IMG/VR virus record: IMGVR_UViG_3300031669_000019
Direction: 5' to 3' (one strand)
DNA length: 64,000 bases
Source: an uncultured virus (IMG/VR IMGVR_UViG_3300031669_000019)
Taxonomy: Duplodnaviria; Heunggongvirae; Uroviricota; Caudoviricetes
This document shows, one piece after another, positions 1 through 9,163 of this stretch (position 1 is its first letter; each line of letters opens with the position of its first letter). The notes beneath the pieces are model-generated. The model saw only the letters and a list, made by a program, of their open reading frames with translations, was not told the DNA's origin and did not search any database. The translations under genes were made by a program, and so were the position numbers.

Positions 1-37
1 AAAGCGCGAAAGGATTTTTACCAACGAAGAAGGGCGC

Positions 38-274
38 GTGGATATTGGCGCGCTGGTATCAGAATTGGTGACCCGCTTCTCAGAAGGTCGCATACGTGTA
101 GTACCGCTTCCTCCGATAGTAAAAAAGGAAGCGACTCCGGTAGAAACGCCGGGAGATATGGCCGCCCTGGAATCTGAAAAGCAAGAAGCCCAGCCAGAAA
201 CGGCTGTGGATATTGGAGTTGAACCAACTCCCGTAGAAAAGCCAACCGGAAAGGGTAAGGGTAAAAAATCGTAA
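38..274 (+). CDS. 3' part of a hypothetical protein, probably truncated by the window start
   Basis: Open frame ends in a KGKGKKS tail just before a promoter motif. Confidence 0.4.
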   Translation: MDIGALVSELVTRFSEGRIRVVPLPPIVKKEATPVETPGDMAALESEKQEAQPETAVDIGVEPTPVEKPTGKGKGKKS

Positions 275-281
275 AAATAAA

Positions 282-296
282 TCTATAATATATATG
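282..296 (+). promoter_or_regulatory. Conserved phage promoter motif TCTATAATATATATG
   Basis: Same or near-same motif at 3628, 6107, 8050, 12693, 13861, 18746, 63831 (+) and 44030, 57554, 59117 (-), always at gene junctions and co-oriented with downstream genes. Confidence 0.75.
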
Positions 297-372
297 CTAA
301 CAAAAGTTTTGAAGTAAAAACTTAAATCAAGGCGCTTGCCATTAGATTTGGTTTTCTTTTGTTAGCTTTTTT
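296..372 (+). terminator. Branched leader hairpin with U-tract (attenuator or small RNA)
   Basis: GCTAACAAAAG (296-306) pairs with CTTTTGTTAGC (356-366), followed by T6. Confidence 0.5.
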
Positions 373-386
373 ATTATAAGGATTAT

Positions 387-1292
387 ATGCAAATCGATTT
401 TTTACAATTCTGTAAAGACTATAATATTGATTACCAAATCATAGCCGATGGCTGGGTTAATGTGGAATGCCCAATTTGTCGTCACCATGGTGATCGCGGC
501 TATAAAGGTGGATTTAATATTTATGGTGGCTATTTTAATTGTTGGGCTTGTGGTGGTCATAATTTAAATACCGTAATAATGGAATTATTGGGAATTCAAT
601 ATCACGAAGTTGAAAATGTTCTTGCGCCTTATTTGAATCAATTATCGGTGCGAAAGCAATTAAACAAGAAAACAAGCACAGTAAATAAAATTGAATTGCC
701 AATAGACACATTGGACGATCATTGCAAGCGTTATTTAATAAAGCGGAATTATGATCCAGAGTTAATTGAAGAAAAATATAAAGTAACCGGAACGCCTTTG
801 ATTGGGCCTTGGGCTGGCCGGTTAATAATACCGATATACTATAATAAAAAACTGGTTTCTTTTCAAGGACGTAGTTTGTATTCAAAAGCAAAATGTAAAG
901 AATTAAATATATTGCGATATAAAACATTGGAACCGGAAGCATCGGTGGTAAACCCCAAGACGGTTTTATATAATTTGGATAATTGCACTAAAGATTATGG
1001 GGCATTATTTGAAGGCGCTTTTGACGTTTGGCGCTTTGGGAATAATTGTATGGCAACGCTAGGAACGTCAACGACGCCGGAACAGCATATACTTTTAGCC
1101 GAAAGATTTAAAAAACTATTTATTATTTTTGACCCAGAAAAAGAAGCTCAGGAAAGGGCAGAAAAATTGGCTAGACAAGTTTCCGCTCTAGGCGGAATAA
1201 ATGTGGAAGTAATTAATACTGAATTAAAGCATGATCCAGGCGATATGAGTAATAAGGAAGTTAATTATATTAAAAAGGAATTAGGCTTATAA
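387..1292 (+). CDS. DNA primase (Zn finger + TOPRIM)
   Basis: CPIC...CWAC zinc finger; FEGAFD, ATLGT and IFDPE TOPRIM motifs; HDPGD. Confidence 0.9.
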   Translation: MQIDFLQFCKDYNIDYQIIADGWVNVECPICRHHGDRGYKGGFNIYGGYFNCWACGGHNLNTVIMELLGIQYHEVENVLAPYLNQLSVRKQLNKKTSTVNKIELPIDTLDDHCKRYLIKRNYDPELIEEKYKVTGTPLIGPWAGRLIIPIYYNKKLVSFQGRSLYSKAKCKELNILRYKTLEPEASVVNPKTVLYNLDNCTKDYGALFEGAFDVWRFGNNCMATLGTSTTPEQHILLAERFKKLFIIFDPEKEAQERAEKLARQVSALGGINVEVINTELKHDPGDMSNKEVNYIKKELGL

Positions 1293-2164
1293 TGAAGATA
1301 GGTTTAATCGACGTTGATGGCAAACATTTTCCAAATTTAGCCTTAATGAAACTATCAGCATGGCATAAAAGTAAAGGTGATGAAGTATCTTTTGTAACTA
1401 TAGACGATTATGATGTAATTTATAAATCAAAAGTTTTTAGCTTTAGCCCAGATAAAACGAGTGGATTTTATACCGCAAATAAAATAATACTCGGTGGCAT
1501 AGGCTATAATTTATTTAATGATTTGCCTAAAGAAATAGAACATATTTGCCCTGATTATAGTTTATATAATGCTGAATCTGCTTATGGTTTTTTGACTCGC
1601 GGTTGCATACGAAAATGCCCTTGGTGTATTGTTCCAAAAAAGGAAGGACTAATTCATTTTAATTCTGATATTGAAGAATTTATAAGCAATAAAAAATCCG
1701 CAATACTTATGGATAATAATGTTCTTGCTTCCGAAGATGGTTTAAAGCAGATTGAAAAAATAATAAAATTAAATATAAAAATAGATTTTAACCAAGGTCT
1801 TGATGCTAGAATTATTGCTAATGATGTAGAAATAGTTAAATTACTTTCAAAAGTTAAATGGCTAAAGCCTTTACGGATGGCTTGTGATACTGATGATCAA
1901 ATACCAATATTAGAAAAAGCGATTAAATTATTGAGAAAATATAATACCACGCCAAGTAATTATTTTATTTATGTTTTAATTAAAGATATTCCTAGCGGAT
2001 TAAGGCGCATAGAATTTTTACGAAAATTAAATGTTGATCCTTTTGCGCAACCATATATAGATTTTACTAATAATTATAAAGTAAATCCCGAATTAAAAAA
2101 ATTTGCGCGTTGGGTAAATATGAAAGCCATTTTTAAAACGGTCAAATGGAAAAATTATAAATGA
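1292..2164 (+). CDS. Radical SAM protein
   Basis: TRGCIRKCPWC (CxxxCxxC); DNN and DFNQGLD motifs; N-terminus IGLIDVD..FPNLALMKLS. Confidence 0.85.
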   Translation: MKIGLIDVDGKHFPNLALMKLSAWHKSKGDEVSFVTIDDYDVIYKSKVFSFSPDKTSGFYTANKIILGGIGYNLFNDLPKEIEHICPDYSLYNAESAYGFLTRGCIRKCPWCIVPKKEGLIHFNSDIEEFISNKKSAILMDNNVLASEDGLKQIEKIIKLNIKIDFNQGLDARIIANDVEIVKLLSKVKWLKPLRMACDTDDQIPILEKAIKLLRKYNTTPSNYFIYVLIKDIPSGLRRIEFLRKLNVDPFAQPYIDFTNNYKVNPELKKFARWVNMKAIFKTVKWKNYK

Positions 2165-3627
2165 ATAAATTATTAAAATTCCAAAAAGAAGCCATACAAT
2201 TTATTGACTCTAACCGCTCACCGGTAAAAATCGGGTATGGTATCATAGGTGACGAGTGTGGACTTGGAAAAACAATTGACGCAATAATGCTTTCTTATAT
2301 TCATTTAGACGAAGGAAGTTTTTTAATTGTTTGCACGGCTTCAATGAAATTAAAATGGGCACGAGAAATAAAAAAATGGACCAGGGAAGAAGCCTATATT
2401 ATTTATGGCGAAAAATCTTTTCCTTTACCAAAAGCAAAATTTTATATAATCAATTACCATATACTAGGCAAAGAAAATAGTTTAGATCGGCAAGCCGAAA
2501 CTGTACATAAAAATATGTTTAAAAAATTAGAGCGCAAAAGGGAATTAGCTTGCTATGCCAATAAAGAAAAATTCAAGAAATCTAAATATAAGCCTTTTCC
2601 GATTCGATTAGAAGGATGGATTGACGAATTAAGTAAAACAGATATAATTGGTATTTTTCCAGATGAAGCTCACCGGCTTGCTAACGTCGACGCAATTTGG
2701 ACTAAATGCTTTATTAAATTATTTCATACTATAAAGCCAAAAATATTCGTTCCGCTATCAGGTACTATTACGCGAAAGCAGACAAGGAATCTTTTTACTA
2801 TTTTAAATTTAACCGCGCCTGCAATATTCAACAATAAATATCGGTTTTTATATCGGTATTGCGATCCGGTAAAAACGCCATTTGGATGGAACTGGGACGG
2901 GTCAAGCAATGAAAAAGAACTGCATAAATTGTTGAATAAAGTAATGATACGAAGATTGAAAAAAGATGTAACAGGATTACCACCAAGAATATTTTCCGTT
3001 TTACCTATGGAATTAACAAAAATAGAATCAAAAAATTATTCATCTGCAAGCAAAGAATTTAAAAAAATAATATTAGAAGAAGAGCAAAATTCATTAAAAA
3101 TAAAAAATGGTTATGCTCGATTAAAACAATTAGCCTATTTGGCAAAAAGGAATTCCGTATTTAATTGGATTGACGAGTACTTAGAAGATAACGATAAATT
3201 GGTAATAGCCGCTTGGCATAAAACCGTTATCAGTGATTTATACACTAAATATAAAGAAGTTTGCGTTAAAATAGATGGCTCAGTTTCCGGTAAAAAAAGA
3301 CAATTAGCAGAAGATAGATTTCAAACCGATAGTAAAATAAAAATAATAATATTACAAATTGAAGCCGGTGGCGAGGGCTTAACATTAACGGCTAGCAACG
3401 CTATAGCGATAATCGAGTGCCCAGATACGCCAGGGCAATTAATACAAGTTTCTGATCGTATACACAGGATAGGGCAAGAATCAGATACGGTTACTATTTA
3501 TTTTCCTTTCGCTAACGGAACAATAGAAAATAAAATTGCGGATGAAATAGAAACCAGCTGGGAATCAATGGAAACAATTATGGACGGAAAAAAAGATGGC
3601 GGATTATTTAAATATGGGTTTAAATAA
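2161..3627 (+). CDS. SNF2-family (HARP-like) helicase
   Basis: DECGLGKT, DEAH, LSGT, GGEGLTLT, QVSDRIHRIGQ. Confidence 0.9.
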   Translation: MNKLLKFQKEAIQFIDSNRSPVKIGYGIIGDECGLGKTIDAIMLSYIHLDEGSFLIVCTASMKLKWAREIKKWTREEAYIIYGEKSFPLPKAKFYIINYHILGKENSLDRQAETVHKNMFKKLERKRELACYANKEKFKKSKYKPFPIRLEGWIDELSKTDIIGIFPDEAHRLANVDAIWTKCFIKLFHTIKPKIFVPLSGTITRKQTRNLFTILNLTAPAIFNNKYRFLYRYCDPVKTPFGWNWDGSSNEKELHKLLNKVMIRRLKKDVTGLPPRIFSVLPMELTKIESKNYSSASKEFKKIILEEEQNSLKIKNGYARLKQLAYLAKRNSVFNWIDEYLEDNDKLVIAAWHKTVISDLYTKYKEVCVKIDGSVSGKKRQLAEDRFQTDSKIKIIILQIEAGGEGLTLTASNAIAIIECPDTPGQLIQVSDRIHRIGQESDTVTIYFPFANGTIENKIADEIETSWESMETIMDGKKDGGLFKYGFK

Positions 3628-3655
3628 TCTATAATATATATGTAAGGATTAAACT

Positions 3656-3853
3656 ATGAAACAACAATATATAGTTCAAATGTCCGGGCAAAGTAATTTT
3701 TTCATTATTATTACTTTCTTGCGGCGGGTAGTTTCATACAATAAAAATAAGTATAAAGTTTGCTTAACGCAAGAATATGCTCATAAATACCAGGACGAGA
3801 AAACCGCTAGTAATGCGGCAAATAGATTAGGCGGAAAAGTAATATTGATATGA
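3656..3853 (+). CDS. hypothetical protein
   Basis: Follows promoter and AAGGA RBS; stop overlaps next start. Confidence 0.55.
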   Translation: MKQQYIVQMSGQSNFFIIITFLRRVVSYNKNKYKVCLTQEYAHKYQDEKTASNAANRLGGKVILI

Positions 3854-4671
3854 ATAAATATAATAAAACTATAATAGGAAATTCTACATTATACTTGGGC
3901 GACTGCCTGGAAGTAATGAAAATAATTCCCGATAAAAGTATTGATATGATTTTATGCGATTTGCCGTATGGTACGACTGCTTGTAAATGGGATGTAATAA
4001 TACCTTTTGAGCCTTTATGGGAACAATATAAAAGAATAATAAAAGATAAAGGTTGCATAGCTTTATTTGGTAGTGAGCCGTTTTCTAGTTATTTACGCTT
4101 ATCAAATATTAAATGGTATCGCTATGATTGGATATGGGAAAAGAATTTATCAACTGGCGGAATGAATGCTAATAAAATTCCTTTATTAGATTATGAAACG
4201 ATTTCCATATTTTATAAAAAAATTACTACGTATAACCCACAATTTTTAAAGGGGGATACTTATAAAATAAAAAGACTAAAACCACATATAAATTCGGTTT
4301 ATGGAAAAACTGGTATGAGAGATATTTTTTTATCCAAAAATGATGGAATAAGATTTCCGAAACGAATAATAAAATTTAATACGGAACGTGGAAAACACCC
4401 AACTCAAAAACCCGTTGCACTTTTAGCTTATTTAATTAAAACTTATACGAAAGAAGGTGAAACAGTTTTGGATAATTGTATGGGAAGCGGTAGTACTGGC
4501 GTTGCTTGTAAACATACAAATAGAAAATTTATAGGGATCGAATGGAGTCCAGAAGAACCACATGATATTTATTTTAATATAGCTTGTAAAAGAATTAAAA
4601 ACCCAGAACAGTGCAAGCACATTAAAACGCAATCTAATAAATATTCTTTATTTAATGAGCATACTATATGA
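3850..4671 (+). CDS. DNA N6-adenine/N4-cytosine methyltransferase (beta class)
   Basis: GDCL, CDLPYG, HPTQKP, LDNCMGSGST. Confidence 0.92.
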   Translation: MNKYNKTIIGNSTLYLGDCLEVMKIIPDKSIDMILCDLPYGTTACKWDVIIPFEPLWEQYKRIIKDKGCIALFGSEPFSSYLRLSNIKWYRYDWIWEKNLSTGGMNANKIPLLDYETISIFYKKITTYNPQFLKGDTYKIKRLKPHINSVYGKTGMRDIFLSKNDGIRFPKRIIKFNTERGKHPTQKPVALLAYLIKTYTKEGETVLDNCMGSGSTGVACKHTNRKFIGIEWSPEEPHDIYFNIACKRIKNPEQCKHIKTQSNKYSLFNEHTI

Positions 4672-6104
4672 CACGTAAAAAAATCTCATTGGATCCAGAA
4701 AGAAAATTCATTATTAATCTCATTGTCTCAGATCGTTTCTGTAAAGAAATAATCCCATTGATTCGCCCTCAATATTTACAAACTTCCTACGCTAGAGAAG
4801 TATGCAAATGGTGTATAAAATATTACCAGGAATTTGAAAAAGCAATTGGCGTCGATATAAAAGCCGTTTATCATTCCAAGCGCCCAGCATTAAAAGACGA
4901 TGATACCAAGGATGAATTAAATACTTTTTTAAGTAGTATTAGCAAACAATACGAAGAGCTAACGCCAAATAATATTGAATTTGAAATAACCGAAGCCGTT
5001 AAATTTCTAAAAATACGCGCTATAGAAATATTGAATAATAATCTTTCAGATGCAATAATAGAAAATAATCCAGATAAAGGCGAGCAGGCTTTAAGTAATT
5101 TTAAGCGCGTAGAAAAACAATTGGGTCAAGGTATCGATTTATTGAAGGATACGCAAGCCGTAGTAAATGCATTTATAAAAGATGATAATATAGTTATACA
5201 ATTCCCCGGCGCGTTAGGGCGGGTTATCCAACCAATCGCACGCGGCGATTTTGTTAGTTTTTTCGGCCCGGCTAAACGTGGAAAATCTCACTGGCTTTGG
5301 TATTCGGCGGAACTAGCAATGTCGCAACAATGTAAAGTTTTATTATTTACTTTGGAAATGACCGAGCACGCCATAGTACGCAGGGCTTGGCCAGCATTGA
5401 CCGGGAAGCCGATAGAAACGCGATCAATTCAAAGTGCGAAATTCATGGAAAACGATGAAGGTAAATTTGAAGTAATTCAACGCGAACGGATAAGGGAAGG
5501 TATCGGCGTTGAATCCGAAACCATAGAATATTTTCAAAAGAAACTGAAGCGAATATATAGAAAAGGTTCAATAAAAATAATATTCCCGACCGAAGCGTTG
5601 AATATTGAAGGTATAGAATGTACGCTGGATAATCTATATTATTATGAGAATTGGCTGCCCGATGTAATAGTAATTGACTATGCCGATTATATGGTGCCGT
5701 CAAAGGGTTTTAAATCTTCCGATACGCGAAGCACAATTGGAAATATTTGGCAAGGGCTGAGGCAATTATCTATCCATAGAAATATTGCCATCGTTACGGC
5801 TTCCCACACGGCCAAAATAACTTTTGATACGGATATAAAAACCAGCCACGCTTCGGAAGATATACGAAAAATAAATAACGTGACCATGGCTATAGGATTA
5901 AATCAAACTAATAAGGAAAAAGAATTAAATATTATGCGCGTGGGCTTGATGGAAATACGCGAGGGCAGGAAAATATCTGAGCAAGCCGTGGTTACGCAAT
6001 GCCTTGATTTAGGTAGGCCGTGCTTGGATTCTAGGATGCGCAGCGAGGTTGTTTTAACGCCGGAAAAAGAAGATGACGGCTATGATAGGAAAAAGCGTGA
6101 ATAA
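4668..6104 (+). CDS. DnaB-like replicative helicase
   Basis: Walker A GPAKRGKS, TLEM, Walker B VIVIDYAD, IVTASH. Confidence 0.85.
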   Translation: MTRKKISLDPERKFIINLIVSDRFCKEIIPLIRPQYLQTSYAREVCKWCIKYYQEFEKAIGVDIKAVYHSKRPALKDDDTKDELNTFLSSISKQYEELTPNNIEFEITEAVKFLKIRAIEILNNNLSDAIIENNPDKGEQALSNFKRVEKQLGQGIDLLKDTQAVVNAFIKDDNIVIQFPGALGRVIQPIARGDFVSFFGPAKRGKSHWLWYSAELAMSQQCKVLLFTLEMTEHAIVRRAWPALTGKPIETRSIQSAKFMENDEGKFEVIQRERIREGIGVESETIEYFQKKLKRIYRKGSIKIIFPTEALNIEGIECTLDNLYYYENWLPDVIVIDYADYMVPSKGFKSSDTRSTIGNIWQGLRQLSIHRNIAIVTASHTAKITFDTDIKTSHASEDIRKINNVTMAIGLNQTNKEKELNIMRVGLMEIREGRKISEQAVVTQCLDLGRPCLDSRMRSEVVLTPEKEDDGYDRKKRE

Positions 6105-6133
6105 AATCTATAATATATATGAGGTGAAACTGA

Positions 6134-7054
6134 ATGGATAATATATTTGGGGAAGAAATAAAATCTTCGTTTTTGCGGGATAGATATATAGAGCCTCCAT
6201 TTTCCATATTGGATTCTAAACAAGGTAGATGGCAAGACAGAAAAAGAAAATGGAAGGAACTGGGAATAAAAAGTGAAGTTGGGCGAGGAGAAAATGTATT
6301 AAAACATTCAGAATTAACCACCCTTAGTAACAAAAAAACAAATTCAAGGGCTTTTAACAACAAAGAATGGATGGATAAAGTAAAAGGTACAAATATAAAC
6401 GATACAGACACATCTATTTTTGATCCTGTTTTATGTGAATTAATGTATAAATGGTTTTGCCCCGGCAACGGAACTATTTTAGACCCATTTGCCGGAGGTT
6501 CAGTTAGGGGCATTGTAGCCAATTCATTAGCATATAAGTATACCGGCATTGAATTAAGGCCAGAACAAATAGATAGTAATATTGAACAAGCAAAAAACAT
6601 ATTAGAAAAAGATAACCAACCAAAATGGATTGCAGGTGATTCTGATAAAGTATTAAATAAATTGAGGGGACAATTTGATTTTATATTATCATGCCCACCA
6701 TATTTTGATTTAGAACTATATTCTGATGATGAAAATGATTTATCCAATATGACTTATGATGATTTCAAAATTAAATATGAATCAATTATTAGAAAATCCA
6801 TTAAACTATTAAAAAAAGATTGCTTTGCTTGTTTTGTAGTTGGCGAAATAAGGGATAAAAAAACAGGGTTTTATAGGGATTTTGTTGGGTTTACAAAACA
6901 ATGTTTTATCAATAATGGGGCGTTGCTTTATAATGATATTGTTCTATTAAATAGCGTAGGGTCGGCGTCTTTACGGGCAGGGAAACAATTTGAATCAAGT
7001 AAAAAAGTTTGTAAAATCCATCAAAATGTACTTATTTTTAAGAAAACTGACTAG
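6134..7054 (+). CDS. DNA amino-methyltransferase
   Basis: SIFDPVLCE, LDPFAGGSVRG (SAM binding), SCPPY (catalytic). Confidence 0.85.
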   Translation: MDNIFGEEIKSSFLRDRYIEPPFSILDSKQGRWQDRKRKWKELGIKSEVGRGENVLKHSELTTLSNKKTNSRAFNNKEWMDKVKGTNINDTDTSIFDPVLCELMYKWFCPGNGTILDPFAGGSVRGIVANSLAYKYTGIELRPEQIDSNIEQAKNILEKDNQPKWIAGDSDKVLNKLRGQFDFILSCPPYFDLELYSDDENDLSNMTYDDFKIKYESIIRKSIKLLKKDCFACFVVGEIRDKKTGFYRDFVGFTKQCFINNGALLYNDIVLLNSVGSASLRAGKQFESSKKVCKIHQNVLIFKKTD

Positions 7055-7085
7055 AAAATATGAATTATTGTGCTATAATATAAGT

Positions 7086-7274
7086 ATGGAAACGAAATAT
7101 CAGCAATTCTTTTTTGATCTTCGCGGAAAGATGCTTTCAGGCATACTTTCATATGATGAAGCCAGAAAAGCCGCCGATCCAATAATCAATGAAATGAACG
7201 AAAAAGCTGCACAAGTAGCCAAAAAGTATAAAAAACATGCTATAAAGTTTAATTTTGCCAATTTAACCAGATAA
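7086..7274 (+). CDS. hypothetical protein (start re-called at ATG 7086)
   Basis: METKYQ... directly follows a GCTATAATATAAGT promoter-like element. Confidence 0.5.
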   Translation: METKYQQFFFDLRGKMLSGILSYDEARKAADPIINEMNEKAAQVAKKYKKHAIKFNFANLTR

Positions 7275-7292
7275 AAACAAGGAGGTTTTTAA

Positions 7293-8048
7293 ATGATCAT
7301 TACTCCAGTTGAAAAAATAAACAATGTATTTTTTAAAAGAGAAGATAAGTTTTCATGTTTTAGCGTACAAGGGGCAAAAGCAAGAGCCGCATTATATTTA
7401 ATAAGAAAAGCTAAAAAATTAGGGTTCATTGGCGTTACTACTGCCGGAAGTCGTATGTCACCACAAATAGAAATAGTATCTTTTATTGCAAAAGAATTAG
7501 GTTTAAAGTTTACTGCCCATTGCCCATCAGGCGAATTATCCCAAGAATTATTAAATGCTAAAAAGAATGGGGCAAATATAATACAACATAAAGCCGGATA
7601 TAATTCCGTGATAATTGCAAGAAGTAAACAATATGCAATTGATAATAATTATTTTGAAATACCTTTTGGGATGGATTGCATTGAATCAGTTAATCAAACA
7701 AAATTACAAGTAGTAAATATACCAAAAAATATAAAAAGAATTATTATCCCAATAGGAAGCGGAATTAATGTTTGCGGTTTACTGCTTGGGCTTATTGAAA
7801 ATAATACTCATATACCAGTTATCGGGATACAAGTTGGGGCTGACCCAGTAAAAACATTAAATAAATATGTTAATAATTGGGAAAAATATTTAACAATATT
7901 AAAATCTAATGTTGATTATCATACTAAAATAAAAAATAATGTATACAAAAAAATTGAATTAGACCCAATATATGAAGCAAAATGTATAGAATTTGTAAAG
8001 CCATATGATTTATTTTGGATAATAGGAAAAAGAAAAAGCGTTTTATAA
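7293..8048 (+). CDS. PLP-dependent enzyme, ACC deaminase/D-cysteine desulfhydrase-like (fold type II)
   Basis: TPVE...FKRED...GAKAR (PLP lysine), IPIGSGI, LDPIYEAK. Confidence 0.8.
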   Translation: MIITPVEKINNVFFKREDKFSCFSVQGAKARAALYLIRKAKKLGFIGVTTAGSRMSPQIEIVSFIAKELGLKFTAHCPSGELSQELLNAKKNGANIIQHKAGYNSVIIARSKQYAIDNNYFEIPFGMDCIESVNQTKLQVVNIPKNIKRIIIPIGSGINVCGLLLGLIENNTHIPVIGIQVGADPVKTLNKYVNNWEKYLTILKSNVDYHTKIKNNVYKKIELDPIYEAKCIEFVKPYDLFWIIGKRKSVL

Positions 8049-8077
8049 ATCTATAATATTAGTGTAAGGAGAACAAA

Positions 8078-9163
8078 ATGACGATTGATAGAAAAGAATT
8101 TTTAAACGTATTAAAGCAAGCAATGCCTGGAGTAGAAAACGGAAATGTTCTGCTTGAAGGCGCAGATACATTTATATTTGATAACGGATTTGTCCATACA
8201 TATAATGATAATATATCTGTGTCCATTCCCTTTCCCATAACAAATAAAGCCGGTGACAATATTTCCGGTGCGTTGAAGGCAAAAGAATTCTATGATTTGA
8301 TTAATCGCTATAAAGGCGAAACGATTAAATTAATTCCGAAGGAAGGCGTTTGGATTATCAAATCAGAAAACGCCGTGGCAGAATTGACGCTGTTGGAAAA
8401 TAATATAATAGATCGAATAAAGAATATTAAGCCAGCGAAGATAAAGTGGCATAATATACCGGAAAAGTTTATTGAAGGTATTTCTATTTGTCAATTTTCC
8501 GCGAATAAATCCGTGCTATCGGGAATATATATTAACGAAGGCATCATAACCAGTACGGATGAAATCAGGATCAACTGGTTTGTTTTAACCGATAATTTTA
8601 CGGAATCATTTTGGATATCCGATGCGGCTGCTTCGGAACTAATTAAGATAAAGAATTTGACCAAGTATTTTATATCTGAATCCTGGGTTCATTTTACCAA
8701 TGATGATAATATTATTTTTTCCTGCAAGCGCCTTTCCCAAGAGGGCTATCCATTTGATAAGATAAAGATTTTAATTGAATCTCATATGAAAACCAAAGAA
8801 GATATTACGAATGAATTGCCAAAGGATTTAATGGAAGCCGTAAACCGGGCAGCGGCGCTTTCCCAGAATATAGAATCGTTCGATACTATTAAATTAACGT
8901 TTACCAATGATTTTATTGAAGTATTCTCGCAGCGCCCGAGCGGAAAATATACTGAGCAAGTACCGTGGGAAAAGGCTTTCAAAAAGTCAATTAATCCTAT
9001 AAGTATTTTTGTGGATTATGCGATGATAGAAAATGGCATTTCATATAGTAAATCTTTTTATCTAAAAAAGACTATGAAGAAAGATAAGGAAATAGTTAGA
9101 ATTATTTTTGCCAATCCGAACGGGATGCAATTGATTACTACATTTGATGGTAGTGATAAATAA
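8078..9163 (+). CDS. Sliding clamp (Pol III beta-like)
   Basis: About 360 aa; MTIDRKEFLNVLK start; LSGIYI...STDEIRI; sits beside polymerase and clamp loader. Confidence 0.7.
   Translation: MTIDRKEFLNVLKQAMPGVENGNVLLEGADTFIFDNGFVHTYNDNISVSIPFPITNKAGDNISGALKAKEFYDLINRYKGETIKLIPKEGVWIIKSENAVAELTLLENNIIDRIKNIKPAKIKWHNIPEKFIEGISICQFSANKSVLSGIYINEGIITSTDEIRINWFVLTDNFTESFWISDAAASELIKIKNLTKYFISESWVHFTNDDNIIFSCKRLSQEGYPFDKIKILIESHMKTKEDITNELPKDLMEAVNRAAALSQNIESFDTIKLTFTNDFIEVFSQRPSGKYTEQVPWEKAFKKSINPISIFVDYAMIENGISYSKSFYLKKTMKKDKEIVRIIFANPNGMQLITTFDGSDK

Noticed and set aside
295..367. attC-like ends (GCTAAC...GTTAGC)
   Set aside because: No L boxes or extrahelical bases, no cassette context, and a U-tract follows.
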